From Promethearchaeota archaeon (GTDB taxonomy: Archaea > Asgardarchaeota > Lokiarchaeia > Sigyniarchaeales > SOKP01), in NCBI GenBank assembly GCA_048939995.1, contig JBHLOY010000002.1:448001-512000 (forward strand): a stretch of DNA of 64,000 nt. Reading direction: 5' to 3'. Below are positions 28,434-38,790 of the stretch, piece after piece (position 1 is the first letter of the stretch; the number at the start of each line of letters is the position of its first letter). The position numbers and the translations under genes are program-made. The notes under the pieces are model-generated. The model was not told the DNA's origin. It did not search any database and saw only the letters and a list, made by a program, of their open reading frames with translations.

Positions 28434-29660
28434 ATGGTTGAATTTTCTTTCGATGATTGGCTAATAGGTATTTCTACGTTTGGTATTCTCTTATTTGGAT
28501 ATACTATTGGCTCTTTTTTTTTTTACAAGTCTAGGAAATTAAAAGTAAATCTTCTAACGTTTTATAGTTTAGCTACTATATTTGTTACATTTGGATGGTT
28601 GCCAATTATCATAGATTTCTTGATTGTACTCATATCAGAAAGTCATATAAACCTCCTATTATATATTTCAATAATGTGGATTCAACTACCTTTAACCGTT
28701 ATTCTCCAGCAATATATTACAGCAGAGCTTTTAATTCCCAAAAAGAAATGGTATATAATTATCGGATTAGTATTATTAGGTTTTTGTTTTTATATGGTGC
28801 TCTTTCTTGATCCTTTTGGATCTGTAATCATTATCGGTCCACCTATTAAAGCATTTTACCATAAAGCGGGATTGAATCCTTCTACCTTAACAGGTTTAAT
28901 TGGAACAATCTTTATCTTTTTCGGTTTAATCTTTGCAGGATTAGGCTTTTTAATTAAATCAATCAAATCTAAAGGTGATATAAGAAGAAAATTCTTGTAT
29001 TTAGCGATAGCAATGATTTTAGGCTACACATTTGGTCTTTTAGATAGTTTCACTGAAAGTTTTACTCTCGTTCTAGTAAGAATCGGATTTATTAGCAGCA
29101 ATTGGTTTGCTTATTTTGGATTAAAAACGAGAAAACCAAAAGAAATAAAGAAAAAAATGCCTACTGAAAAAGAAATCGAATTAGTTTCATATATGCTAGG
29201 AAAATCAGAAGATATAGACTTATCCAAAGAAATTACCTCAATTTGCAAAAATTTTACGGATGAAGTGTTAGTGTTTGTTAGTTATGCAACTAAGGATGCC
29301 AAGACCTTTAAAATTAAGCAAATTGCAGAAAAATTAACTACATACCAAGAAATAAAAGATGTGTTGTACTGGCAAGAAGATCTAGACGACAATATTTTCG
29401 AGTATATGAATGATAATCTGGGTAAATGCAATATTATGGTTTTATTTTGTTCTAAAGCTGCATTAAGTTCAGTACCAGTTAAAAAAGAATGGACTGCTGC
29501 GGATGCTTTGGGAATACCGATTATACCTGTATTTATTAATCCAGATCATATCCCACCCCTTTTAAAATCTAGATTAGGATTTGAATATGATTTTTATGAT
29601 TTTCAAAAAAATGTTGATATGCTACGCTATTTAATATTAAAAAAGTGTAGCAATAAATGA
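28434..29660 (+). CDS. 7TM membrane protein with C-terminal TIR domain
   Basis: About 7 hydrophobic segments in first 230 aa; VFVSYATKD, LFCSKAALSSVPVKKEW, IIPVF TIR motifs. Confidence 0.8.
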   Translation: MVEFSFDDWLIGISTFGILLFGYTIGSFFFYKSRKLKVNLLTFYSLATIFVTFGWLPIIIDFLIVLISESHINLLLYISIMWIQLPLTVILQQYITAELLIPKKKWYIIIGLVLLGFCFYMVLFLDPFGSVIIIGPPIKAFYHKAGLNPSTLTGLIGTIFIFFGLIFAGLGFLIKSIKSKGDIRRKFLYLAIAMILGYTFGLLDSFTESFTLVLVRIGFISSNWFAYFGLKTRKPKEIKKKMPTEKEIELVSYMLGKSEDIDLSKEITSICKNFTDEVLVFVSYATKDAKTFKIKQIAEKLTTYQEIKDVLYWQEDLDDNIFEYMNDNLGKCNIMVLFCSKAALSSVPVKKEWTAADALGIPIIPVFINPDHIPPLLKSRLGFEYDFYDFQKNVDMLRYLILKKCSNK

Positions 29661-29684
29661 AAATAAGTTAAAAATTAAAAAAAA

Positions 29685-30257
29685 TTATTTTACTTCAATC
29701 TTTTTCTTTTCTTTCTTTTCCTCTTCAATTTTAGGTAGATTCAGTTTCAAAATGCCTTTTTCTAATTTAGCTTCGATCTTATCTTCATCGATATTTTCTG
29801 GCAATTTAAAGGTTCTATAATAACTGGAACTGCTGTATTCCTTTCGTACATAGCCTTCTTTCTTTTCCTCAAGTTCATTCTTTTGTTCTCCTTTAATTTC
29901 TAAGTTTCCATTCCGAACTGTAATTTCAATATCCCCTTTCTCTAATCCGGGTAATTCAGCAGTAATCGCAAAATGGTCTTTCTCATCAACTATGTTAGTT
30001 AGTGGACTTCTAAAGAACTTCTCATCATCAATGTTCCATTTAAAGGGTTCAAAATCCCAGAAACGAGAGGGTCTCCAAAAATCTAAGAAAAATCTGTCAA
30101 TATCGTCAAAAAAGCGATCAATATTCCCAAATAAGGATAATGGCCTATAATTTCGTCTCAGTTGAATTTCGTTCTTCTCTTCTTTCTTGGCAGTAGAATC
30201 TTCTTTTTCTTCAGTTGTTTTGACATCTACCTTTTTTTCTTCTTCTATATCGGACAT
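29685..30257 (-). CDS. hsp20: Small heat shock protein Hsp20/alpha-crystallin
   Basis: AELPGLEK, YRTFKLP, AKLEKGILKLNLPK, C-terminal IEV. Confidence 0.95.
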   Translation of the reverse strand: MSDIEEEKKVDVKTTEEKEDSTAKKEEKNEIQLRRNYRPLSLFGNIDRFFDDIDRFFLDFWRPSRFWDFEPFKWNIDDEKFFRSPLTNIVDEKDHFAITAELPGLEKGDIEITVRNGNLEIKGEQKNELEEKKEGYVRKEYSSSSYYRTFKLPENIDEDKIEAKLEKGILKLNLPKIEEEKKEKKKIEVK

Positions 30258-30299
30258 ACTTTTAACCTCCTTTAATTAATTTTTGTTTTAAATTGGTCT

Positions 30300-30355
30300 T
30301 TGTCAACCATTAATTGTCAATATATATATGTTCAAAAAATTATTTAAATGTTTCG
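30300..30355 (-). promoter_or_regulatory. Putative hsp20 promoter (BRE-TATA) with TTGACAA direct repeats
   Basis: Minus strand CGAAACA-TTTAAATA at 30355-30341; TTGACAA at 30320-14 and 30306-00; AGGAGG ribosome-binding site before the ATG. Confidence 0.45.
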
Positions 30356-30477
30356 ATTGTATAAAATAAGAATTCCAAGGGTATACAATGTGTTTATAAT
30401 GCTTTTAAGAATTTAAAATAAATTTTAAAAAGTTTTCTAATTTCCTAAAAGAATTTAGTTATTGGAAGAGATTTTAC

Positions 30478-31749
30478 TTAAATATATGACTCAAAAAAAC
30501 TCGTTTTCTTTGGAAACATGGTCTCAATCAGAGATCTTGATGAAGTGTTAACTAAAGCATCTTTAATAATATAATTTATTTCACTAATAGTTCTATCACC
30601 CAGTAATAATTTAAATAATAGAGCTCCTGGTATTCTGAGGTCCGTTGTTTGAGGTTTAGGATAGCTTTTTTCAACTTCGATAGTCTCAATTTTTCCATTA
30701 TTGAAGTTTAATTTAACCGTTTCTTGATAATTACTTATAACCACAGGTTTAGTTAATTTTCTAAATTTAGATCTTTCTAATCTTTCTTCTAATATCTTCT
30801 TGATTAATTGAAAAAATCGAGTTAGATTTGGTATTTTTACTTGCCACCCATAAGAATAGAACGGAATACCACCTAAAGATTTAATGTGGTTAAAAAGCAA
30901 GGAACTTTCACTTATACTGAGAATCAATGTATCATCTTTCGAAAAGTTTCCAAGATTAATAACAAATTGAAGTAGAGCATTCATATATTTTTCATTTAAA
31001 TCTGGACAGATTATTTCATAATTCTCATTGTCATAACTCATTCCAAGTGAAAAATAATTTTTTGTTTCACCATCTTCTTCAATTATATAGGTTAATCTGA
31101 TTTCAGTGTTAAATTCCTCATTAAGATACTTAAACTTAAAACATTCTGGGTCAAATTTATTAAAAATATAGAAATTCTGATGAAATTTATTATATTTAGG
31201 TTCAATGAAATGTAAATCATTTGAATCCGCTTTTCTAATTTTAATTTTTTTATTGGAAATATGAGGAATATTAGATACTGGAATCTTTATTCTTTCATCA
31301 AGGGAAGAAATATATTCATACCCAAGATTACGATAAAAGTATGGTATGCCTCTAATCACGGAAATAATATAGCTATTTTGTTCCATTATGTTTTCATACA
31401 AGTCATTTAAGATTTTTATAAAGTTATTGCCTCGATATTCCTCAAGAGTGCCTACAAATTCCATTTCACATACTGGAAGCGTAATGTCCTGAATTTGCCA
31501 TTCTGAGGGAAATAAACAAATAGTGGAAACCAATTTATCATTTTTGTAATCTTTGATATATAGCCATAGAATATCATTTTTACGGGGATGTTTTAAAAAG
31601 ATACGATGGATAAAAGTTTCTAATAGCTCATCTTTATGGATAGATATATTCAAATCGACTAAGGTTTTTAGCTCTTCTTCTGTATCTCCAGCAATATGGA
31701 TACTAAATTGATCATCAATTATAGAGCTATAACCTTTTTCAAATCTCAT
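30478..31749 (-). CDS. GNAT acetyltransferase, Eis-like
   Basis: EFVGTLEEYRG, GIPYFYRNLGYEY, SCP2-like C-terminus. Confidence 0.8.
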   Translation of the reverse strand: MRFEKGYSSIIDDQFSIHIAGDTEEELKTLVDLNISIHKDELLETFIHRIFLKHPRKNDILWLYIKDYKNDKLVSTICLFPSEWQIQDITLPVCEMEFVGTLEEYRGNNFIKILNDLYENIMEQNSYIISVIRGIPYFYRNLGYEYISSLDERIKIPVSNIPHISNKKIKIRKADSNDLHFIEPKYNKFHQNFYIFNKFDPECFKFKYLNEEFNTEIRLTYIIEEDGETKNYFSLGMSYDNENYEIICPDLNEKYMNALLQFVINLGNFSKDDTLILSISESSLLFNHIKSLGGIPFYSYGWQVKIPNLTRFFQLIKKILEERLERSKFRKLTKPVVISNYQETVKLNFNNGKIETIEVEKSYPKPQTTDLRIPGALLFKLLLGDRTISEINYIIKDALVNTSSRSLIETMFPKKTSFFESYI

Positions 31750-31895
31750 AAGGTTAAAAATTTTCAGCTTTATTTCAATCTTGCTTTAATCATAAATTAT
31801 TCTTGTTCAACCTTAGTTTCCTGTATAAAAAACTTATAAGTTTTCTTGAAATAATTTCTAACCATCTAAAAAAATTTTTTATCAAATTATAGATC

Positions 31896-32816
31896 ATGAG
31901 ATTAATAAATACATTTTGTATTAAAAGGAAGAAAATCATAACATTTTTGCTCACCCTTTTATTTATTGTTTCTGTTTTAAATTATTCTTATTCAGCATCA
32001 GCTCAAATGCGTCAAATGAGAGTAGCAGTTTATGATGGAGTGGGGACAGAAACCTCACGCGGTAGTTATATTGCATGTTATAATTTGTTTACTTGGATGA
32101 ATGCAACAGTCAATTACATTAATTCCCAACAAATAAAAAGTGGATATTTATCTAATTATGATATCTTAGTTATGCCGGGGGGATATTTTGTCCAATATTC
32201 ATATTATCTTGAACAAAGTGGAAGGGAAGAAATACGTCAGTTTGTAGAATCAGGAGGTTCTTATTTTGGGATATGTGGTGGTTCTATTTTTGGATGTTAT
32301 CCTTATTTAAATCTCTTTAAGGGTACTATTAGTAATTCTATATCTGGAACTGGAAGTCGATTAATAAATATGACAATTAACCGTGAATGTACAAATCCAG
32401 ATCTTTCAAGTGAACCTGAAATGTATTCATTACTATATTGGGGATCATGTTATTTTGAACCCGAAGATCCATCTGAAGTTATTCCAATTGCATATTACCC
32501 CGAAATTAATAAATCAGGTATGATAGTTTTCCACTATGGATTAGGAAGTGTATTTTTGTGCAGTCCACATCCCGAGTTTGAAGAAGGTAATACAAGAGAC
32601 GGAGTAAATAGTTTTGATTCTCTTAATGATCAAGATTCAGAATGGGGATTACTTTTAAAGATCTCTACGTGGCTAATAGATAGCTCGATTACAGATAACA
32701 CAAAAACTGACATAATCATTATTTGGACCCTTGGAAGCATGGTTGGAGTAACAATTGTAATATTATCCATTTATTTTATGAAGAATTCACGTCGTAAGGC
32801 AAGCAATAAAAAGTGA
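31896..32816 (+). CDS. BPL-N / class I glutamine amidotransferase-like exported protein
   Basis: VMPGG, YFGICGG nucleophile elbow, PHPE; signal peptide and C-terminal TM. Confidence 0.8.
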   Translation: MRLINTFCIKRKKIITFLLTLLFIVSVLNYSYSASAQMRQMRVAVYDGVGTETSRGSYIACYNLFTWMNATVNYINSQQIKSGYLSNYDILVMPGGYFVQYSYYLEQSGREEIRQFVESGGSYFGICGGSIFGCYPYLNLFKGTISNSISGTGSRLINMTINRECTNPDLSSEPEMYSLLYWGSCYFEPEDPSEVIPIAYYPEINKSGMIVFHYGLGSVFLCSPHPEFEEGNTRDGVNSFDSLNDQDSEWGLLLKISTWLIDSSITDNTKTDIIIIWTLGSMVGVTIVILSIYFMKNSRRKASNKK

Positions 32817-32831
32817 GACAAACCTATATAG

Positions 32832-33608
32832 TTATTTTTGACATTTTGGACAATAGAAACCATGTCTACCGGAAAGCTCAAATCGCTCTATTGTAGCTCC
32901 ACAAACGGGACATTCTTCATCTTTCTGGCGGTGAGGAATCAAAAATTTTGGGGAGTATGATCCTAACTCACCTTCATTTTCAATACCATATTTCAGAACT
33001 TCTTTAATGTTGTTAAAAAGATCTTTTAGTTTCTTCTCATCAACTTCATTTATTTTAGTTTTTGGATTTATCTTTGCTTGGAATAATATCTCATCAGAAT
33101 AGATATTTCCAATACCAGCAATTATATTCTGGTTCATCAGAAAAGTTTTGCTTATCGTAGTTCTCCGCTTCAAGGTACCAATAAATTCTTGATAATTCAT
33201 GTTTAGCGCATCAGGTCCCAATTTCTTTTGTTTTAGATATTTTTTCATGTTATTGCATAAATCAACTCGTCCAAACATCCTTTGGGAGATATAAGAAAGA
33301 AATGACCCATCTTTAAATTCAAATAATACTCTGCTATGTGTTGGTTCATCATTAATATTGTTAAAAGCCTTTAAATAACCAGACATTCCAAAATGGAGAA
33401 CAAGAAATTTAGAATTGATTTTAACAAACAGATACTTGCCATGTCTGATGGTTGTTGAAAACTTTTTATTTTTTAACTCCCTTTGGAGTTCTTTTTCTGA
33501 AACATTAAGTACTCTATCATCTCTTACTTTTACACTTTTAATTTCTTTGCATAATGAAGTGCTCTCCAAGTAATTCTTGAATGTTTCAACTTCGGGAAGT
33601 TCTGGCAT
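32832..33608 (-). CDS. mutM: Formamidopyrimidine-DNA glycosylase (Fpg/MutM)
   Basis: MPELPEVE N-terminus (ATG at 33608), HFGMSG, GIGNIYSDE H2TH, CPVC..CPKC zinc finger. Confidence 0.93.
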   Translation of the reverse strand: MPELPEVETFKNYLESTSLCKEIKSVKVRDDRVLNVSEKELQRELKNKKFSTTIRHGKYLFVKINSKFLVLHFGMSGYLKAFNNINDEPTHSRVLFEFKDGSFLSYISQRMFGRVDLCNNMKKYLKQKKLGPDALNMNYQEFIGTLKRRTTISKTFLMNQNIIAGIGNIYSDEILFQAKINPKTKINEVDEKKLKDLFNNIKEVLKYGIENEGELGSYSPKFLIPHRQKDEECPVCGATIERFELSGRHGFYCPKCQK

Positions 33609-33717
33609 ATTTTGCAGGAATTTTTGTATCAAAAAATTTAAATTAGAAATAAATATATAAAATTTCTATGAAAATTAAAATTTTCAAAAAAGAATCCAAT
33701 GTGAGGAGATTTCAGAT

Positions 33718-34821
33718 ATGACAATTAAAATAGACACCATAGAGATTTTTAAGATCAATATCCCAATGAAATTTCCATTTAAAATTGCCTTAGGAACTAG
33801 TTATGAGGCTAATAATGTATGGGTCCGAATTCATACAAACGAAAATATTTATGGATGGGGCGAAGGATGTTCTTCTCTAACTGTAACAGGAACAACTCAA
33901 TCTAATTCTTTTGATGCAGGAATTCTTATCGCAAAAAACCTGAAAGGAAAGGATCCTCTTGCTTTAAATTCAAGAATGTATGATATGGATCAAACTATTG
34001 TTGGGCATTCCCAAATAAAATCAGCTTTTAATCAAGCTTTATTTGATATTTTGGGAAAATTCGCAAATCTTCCTTTATACTCACTATTAGGAGGAGAAAA
34101 TCGTCGCATTTTTACTGATTACACTTTAGGCATTCAAGATAATATTGATATTGCTATTGAAAAAGTAAAAGAGATTATTGATTGGGGATTTCAGGCAATT
34201 AAAGTAAAAGTTGGTTTGAATAAGGATTTTGACATTGAACTAATTGAAAGAATTAGGAATTTAAGTGATACTGTATCAATTAGAATCGATGCTAATCAAG
34301 GGTGGGACTTACCTACTGCAATTGAGGTCCTTGTTAAAGTTGAACCCTATAATCTTCAATATGCTGAACAACCATTACCTTATTGGGATATATCTAATAT
34401 GAAAAGATTAAGAGAAAAAATGAAAATACCTATTTGTGCTGATGAATCAATATTTGATCATCATGATGCTTTCAAACTTACTTCACTTGGAGCATGTGAT
34501 ATCCTAAACATCAAACTTGGTAAATCTAAGGGTATTACTAATGCACTTAAAATAAATTCTATCGCTGAAAGCTGTGGTTTGAAATGTATGATCGGATGCT
34601 TTAATGAATCCCGCTTAGGATTATCATTTGGTGCGCATTTAGCATCCGCTCTATCCAATATCGCATTTATTGATTTAGATTCTGCTTTAATGCATAAAGA
34701 AGATTATGTTGTTGGTGGAATAAAATATGAAAATGGAAACATAATTATACCGGAGATCCCTGGACATGGCGCAGATATTAATGAGGACATCTTAGAAAAA
34801 TTAAAGGGAAAGACTGTTTAA
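33718..34821 (+). CDS. Dipeptide epimerase (L-Ala-D/L-Glu epimerase), enolase superfamily
   Basis: KVK, DANQG, EQP, ADES, NIKLGK, DLD motif. Confidence 0.85.
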   Translation: MTIKIDTIEIFKINIPMKFPFKIALGTSYEANNVWVRIHTNENIYGWGEGCSSLTVTGTTQSNSFDAGILIAKNLKGKDPLALNSRMYDMDQTIVGHSQIKSAFNQALFDILGKFANLPLYSLLGGENRRIFTDYTLGIQDNIDIAIEKVKEIIDWGFQAIKVKVGLNKDFDIELIERIRNLSDTVSIRIDANQGWDLPTAIEVLVKVEPYNLQYAEQPLPYWDISNMKRLREKMKIPICADESIFDHHDAFKLTSLGACDILNIKLGKSKGITNALKINSIAESCGLKCMIGCFNESRLGLSFGAHLASALSNIAFIDLDSALMHKEDYVVGGIKYENGNIIIPEIPGHGADINEDILEKLKGKTV

Positions 34822-34824
34822 CAT

Positions 34825-35994
34825 CTATTTCTCTATTATGACAGTAGAGCCTGTAGCAAATCTTTCTAATGCCTGTTCATCCAGATCAACCCCCCATCCT
34901 GAACCAACAGGTAGTTTGGCTTTTCCGTTAGTATAGTCAATAGGCTTAATAATTAAGTCATCTACTAACATTTCTTGACCAAAAAGTTCAGAAGCATAAT
35001 TTATTATATGGTATTTCGCCACATTTAAATGGATTTGCATAGCGGACGCTATTCCTAAAGGCTGATTATGTAGTACAATTCCTAAACCTCGCAATCTAGC
35101 GTAATTAATCGCATGTAATGCTTTAGTAACTCCCCCTGGACGCTCAGAGTTAATGCCTAATACTCTCACAGCTTTTAGTTCTACTAAATTAATGAAATCT
35201 CTCAATGAGAAAAATCCTTCATGAGCCATAAGAGGTATTTTTACATTTTTTTGAACGTATTTCATTCCCAAATAATCATCTGCTTTGACAGGTTGTTCTA
35301 CATATTCAATATTATATGCTTCAAGGGCATTAATAGCCTTTATCGCTATATGAGGATCATAAGCTTGATTATAATCTACTCTTAAATTTATGCTATCTCC
35401 AAAAGTTTCCCTTATATTTTCTACAATTTGAATATCTTGTTGAATACCTTTCCCTAACTTTAATCTAAATGTTCGATATCCTTTTTTATAAAAAGATTTA
35501 GTGATTCCTTTCATTAAAATAGGTTCACCAAGTGGAATAAGTGCTACGAGTGGTATCTCTTGAACATTTTTTCCTCCCATGAAGTCACAAGCAGATCGCT
35601 CAGTTATTTTTCCCATTAAATCATAACAAGCCATATCTAAAAGGCCTTTAGCAATCTCTTGTCTTGCGAGATTTATATCCATTTGATAATTAATTTTTTC
35701 AATATTAAATGGATTTTCTCCGATTAAGTATCTTGCTAAAAAATTTTGAATTGAGATAATAACCTGATTAGGAGCGATCCCCGTTTCTGGAGGCCACAAG
35801 AATACCTCTCCAAGACCCACACTACCATCATTGGTTACCAATCTGCACACGACAAAATCTCCTCCTAACCATGCCTCTACGGCTTCAATAGCCATTCCCA
35901 ATCCCCCTTGGGTTTCACTCATAGCTTTTTTAATTGAATCTTTAAATGGAACATGTATTGGAGTTAATTCTATGCTTTCAATTATATTATTCAT
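34825..35994 (-). CDS. Mandelate racemase/muconate lactonizing enzyme family protein
   Basis: GLGE, DMACYDLMGK, RLK, DYNQ, EQP, GWGVDLD. Confidence 0.8.
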   Translation of the reverse strand: MNNIIESIELTPIHVPFKDSIKKAMSETQGGLGMAIEAVEAWLGGDFVVCRLVTNDGSVGLGEVFLWPPETGIAPNQVIISIQNFLARYLIGENPFNIEKINYQMDINLARQEIAKGLLDMACYDLMGKITERSACDFMGGKNVQEIPLVALIPLGEPILMKGITKSFYKKGYRTFRLKLGKGIQQDIQIVENIRETFGDSINLRVDYNQAYDPHIAIKAINALEAYNIEYVEQPVKADDYLGMKYVQKNVKIPLMAHEGFFSLRDFINLVELKAVRVLGINSERPGGVTKALHAINYARLRGLGIVLHNQPLGIASAMQIHLNVAKYHIINYASELFGQEMLVDDLIIKPIDYTNGKAKLPVGSGWGVDLDEQALERFATGSTVIIEK

Positions 35995-36116
35995 TTTTAG
36001 GTGACCTTTGGGTAAAAAAATATCAAAATAGAGATATGAAGTAGTAAAGCAATAAGATATTTAATTTATTTTAAAAATTTTAAAGAAAAAAATAAAAAAT
36101 TAAATTAAGAGTTGAT

Positions 36117-36899
36117 TTACTTTCTAAAATACTCAATTGCAATATATATAATTCCAATAAAAATGACGATAAGAGCGACTAATGCTGTGATTCCGGTAGT
36201 TAGATTCAGGGGGAATTGCTTTAGAAATATACCTAATAAAGCCCACAATACGACTAGACTATAAGCAACATCTTTTCTTAGAAACAACATTAAAAACGTT
36301 ATAAGTACTGCAACAACTATTACAACTATCGTTAAAATTTCTGCTAATACGCTAGGGAAAGTAACACCATTTGGAATTCCAAGGATTACTAATACAGCAG
36401 TAACATTAGCAATTGTAGCAACTGTGATCCAACCGAGATACACACTAAAGGGAACATGTACAGCCCACTTTTCAATTTTTGAAACTTCAGCTTTACCGAT
36501 TTTTAATCTAAGATAAATCAAGAGTAGCATAACTAATATTATCAACATAGCTACTAATGATAATGGAACAAGTTGATAATGCCAGAGTAAAATCCATGTA
36601 AGATTAGCTAGGTTACTAATAATAAAGAAAACGCTGACTTTTTCTACATAAGGCATTTCTATTTTATCTGACTTAAAGATATCTCTAATTTGGTAAATTG
36701 AAAAGAGTCCAAGTAAAATGTAAATTACGCCCCAAATGGAAAATGTAAGCCCTGCGGGAACGAATAAATTGGGTATTGCATCAGATAATTCTTGAGTAGT
36801 TCCATAACCCAGAGGTAAACTTATAGCTAAATAATTTATAATAACAGCTGCGATAAAACTGACTATATTGAGAATTTGTAAGATCATTTTTTTATTCAT
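36117..36899 (-). CDS. TspO/MBR-like tryptophan-rich membrane protein
   Basis: FVPAGLTFSIWGVIY, FSVYLGWITVATIAN. Confidence 0.75.
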   Translation of the reverse strand: MNKKMILQILNIVSFIAAVIINYLAISLPLGYGTTQELSDAIPNLFVPAGLTFSIWGVIYILLGLFSIYQIRDIFKSDKIEMPYVEKVSVFFIISNLANLTWILLWHYQLVPLSLVAMLIILVMLLLIYLRLKIGKAEVSKIEKWAVHVPFSVYLGWITVATIANVTAVLVILGIPNGVTFPSVLAEILTIVVIVVAVLITFLMLFLRKDVAYSLVVLWALLGIFLKQFPLNLTTGITALVALIVIFIGIIYIAIEYFRK

Positions 36900-37182
36900 A
36901 TTTCACACCAATTTATATTTTTTAAGATTTAAAATAATACAGCTTAGTATGTTATTTAACTTTTTTATCTAAAAATTATTAATAAATTTGAATTTCATGC
37001 ATACTCTTATAGTCTCATTATTTGAAAATTTTCTACAATAAAAATTACTTTCTCCATTAAAAAATTCTTAAATTATCATACAATTTTGTCTTAAAACTCA
37101 AAGATGTCAACAATAGTATAAGTTTAATTTATAATTTTATATTATTATTAATTAATAATTGTTTAACATAAAGGTTTTAAGC

Positions 37183-38097
37183 ATGAGAATCGACTTACTT
37201 TCTGAGGATAAGGTTATCATCACCGTTGCTATTACAGGTGGTATCCATGGAAAATGGGCAAATCCAAATTTACCTATCACTGCAGAGGAACAAGCTCAAG
37301 ATGTACTAGAATGTTATGAAGCAGGAGCATCCATAGTACATGTTCATGTGAGAGGAGAAGATGGACAGAATACACCTGATCTTAAATATTATAATAAAAC
37401 AATTAAATTAATTGAAGAAAAATGTCCTATCATTAAACAGATAGGAAATGGAATAGGTGCTTGGTTGGAAACGACCACGAGAACCATGAAATCTGGCAGA
37501 AAATTAGTTCATTCTGAAATTGTTCAACCTACTCTTGAAGATCGACTGAATTTATTAAATATAGATCCACCCCCTGAAATGCATACGATTAATGCAGGAA
37601 CATTCCAATTTCGAACTCCATATGGAAGTATAACCTTTGAAAATCCGATGGAATTCAATAGAAAATACATTAATCGATGTAAAAAAAAAGGATTTGGGAT
37701 TGAAATTGAAGTTTATGATTCGAGTCATATAGCTAATATTCTGGAATTGGTTGATGAAGGGTATCTTTTACCTCCTCTACACTTTAGTATTGTGTTGGGC
37801 ATTAAAGGAGGAGCACCTGCAACAATAGAAAATTTAATAAATTTAGTTCATCAAATTCCTGAAGGTTCAACATGGCAAGTTGTAACAGTAGGTAAATTTA
37901 ACTTACGAACTACTTTAATTGCGATGTGCATGGGAGCAAATGTACGAACTGGTTTAGAAGACACTATTTACTATCAGAAAGGTGAACTTGTTCAAAGTAA
38001 TGCCCAATTGGTGAAAAGAATGGTTAGATTGGCCAAAGAAATCGGAAAGGAACCTGCTACAGTGGACGAAGCAAAAAGTATTTTGGGATTAAAATGA
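37183..38097 (+). CDS. 3-keto-5-aminohexanoate cleavage enzyme family (BKACE/DUF849)
   Basis: IITVAITG, AGASIVHVHVR, RTGLEDT, SNAQLV. Confidence 0.9.
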   Translation: MRIDLLSEDKVIITVAITGGIHGKWANPNLPITAEEQAQDVLECYEAGASIVHVHVRGEDGQNTPDLKYYNKTIKLIEEKCPIIKQIGNGIGAWLETTTRTMKSGRKLVHSEIVQPTLEDRLNLLNIDPPPEMHTINAGTFQFRTPYGSITFENPMEFNRKYINRCKKKGFGIEIEVYDSSHIANILELVDEGYLLPPLHFSIVLGIKGGAPATIENLINLVHQIPEGSTWQVVTVGKFNLRTTLIAMCMGANVRTGLEDTIYYQKGELVQSNAQLVKRMVRLAKEIGKEPATVDEAKSILGLK

Positions 38098-38223
38098 CTC
38101 CTGGTTGAAGTTTGATTTTCGAACTTGATTGAGCTATTAAAATATTTAGAATTCATTGCAGAAAAATTTAAATAGACGCATATGATACTTCTAAATTGAA
38201 ATCCTTTAAAAGGGTATAATGTT

Positions 38224-38634
38224 ATGACAAATCGAAATACTTGGTTTGGATTTGGGATGACTCAAAAGCAGGCCGTTTGGGTTTTTGTTTTAGCAATTAT
38301 AGGAATTTGTGTTATTAGTTTTGCTCTATTTACTATGTGTTACTCTTTATTTACGGTTCTGATATACTTTGATCCTTATTTCTACTCCCCGAGTTACTTT
38401 TTTAGACAATTCTTAGTTTTGTTGCCTTACATATTATTTTTTGGGATTCTAATGATCTTTGCTATCTATACTGCCGTAAAATGCAGACGAATCGCTAAAT
38501 TTCATTCAAGGAGCATAGATTATGAAAACTATAATGAAGTGAAGAAAGTGGATCAAAATTTTTGCCCAAATTGTGGTCAGAATCGATTGAAAAATGCCAA
38601 TTTTTGTAATAATTGCGGATATAAGTGGGTATAA
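38224..38634 (+). CDS. Membrane protein with C-terminal zinc ribbon
   Basis: Two TM segments; FCPNCG..FCNNCG. Confidence 0.75.
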   Translation: MTNRNTWFGFGMTQKQAVWVFVLAIIGICVISFALFTMCYSLFTVLIYFDPYFYSPSYFFRQFLVLLPYILFFGILMIFAIYTAVKCRRIAKFHSRSIDYENYNEVKKVDQNFCPNCGQNRLKNANFCNNCGYKWV

Positions 38635-38687
38635 CCTATAATTTACTTTAAAAACCCGAAATAATATTCTAATTATGCAAGAGGTCA

Positions 38688-38789
38688 TTGAGAAATCATC
38701 AATTACCTATTGAAATACTGAAGGATGCTAAAAAAGAACTAACATTTCATCAAATTTCTAAATTTAATAAAAATAAAATAAATTTTTAA
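38688..38789 (+). pseudogene. Possible truncated HARE-type HTH gene remnant
   Basis: GAGGT then TTG; MRNHQLPIEILKDAKKELTFHQISK then decays into an AT-rich tail. Confidence 0.25.
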
Positions 38790-38790
38790 T

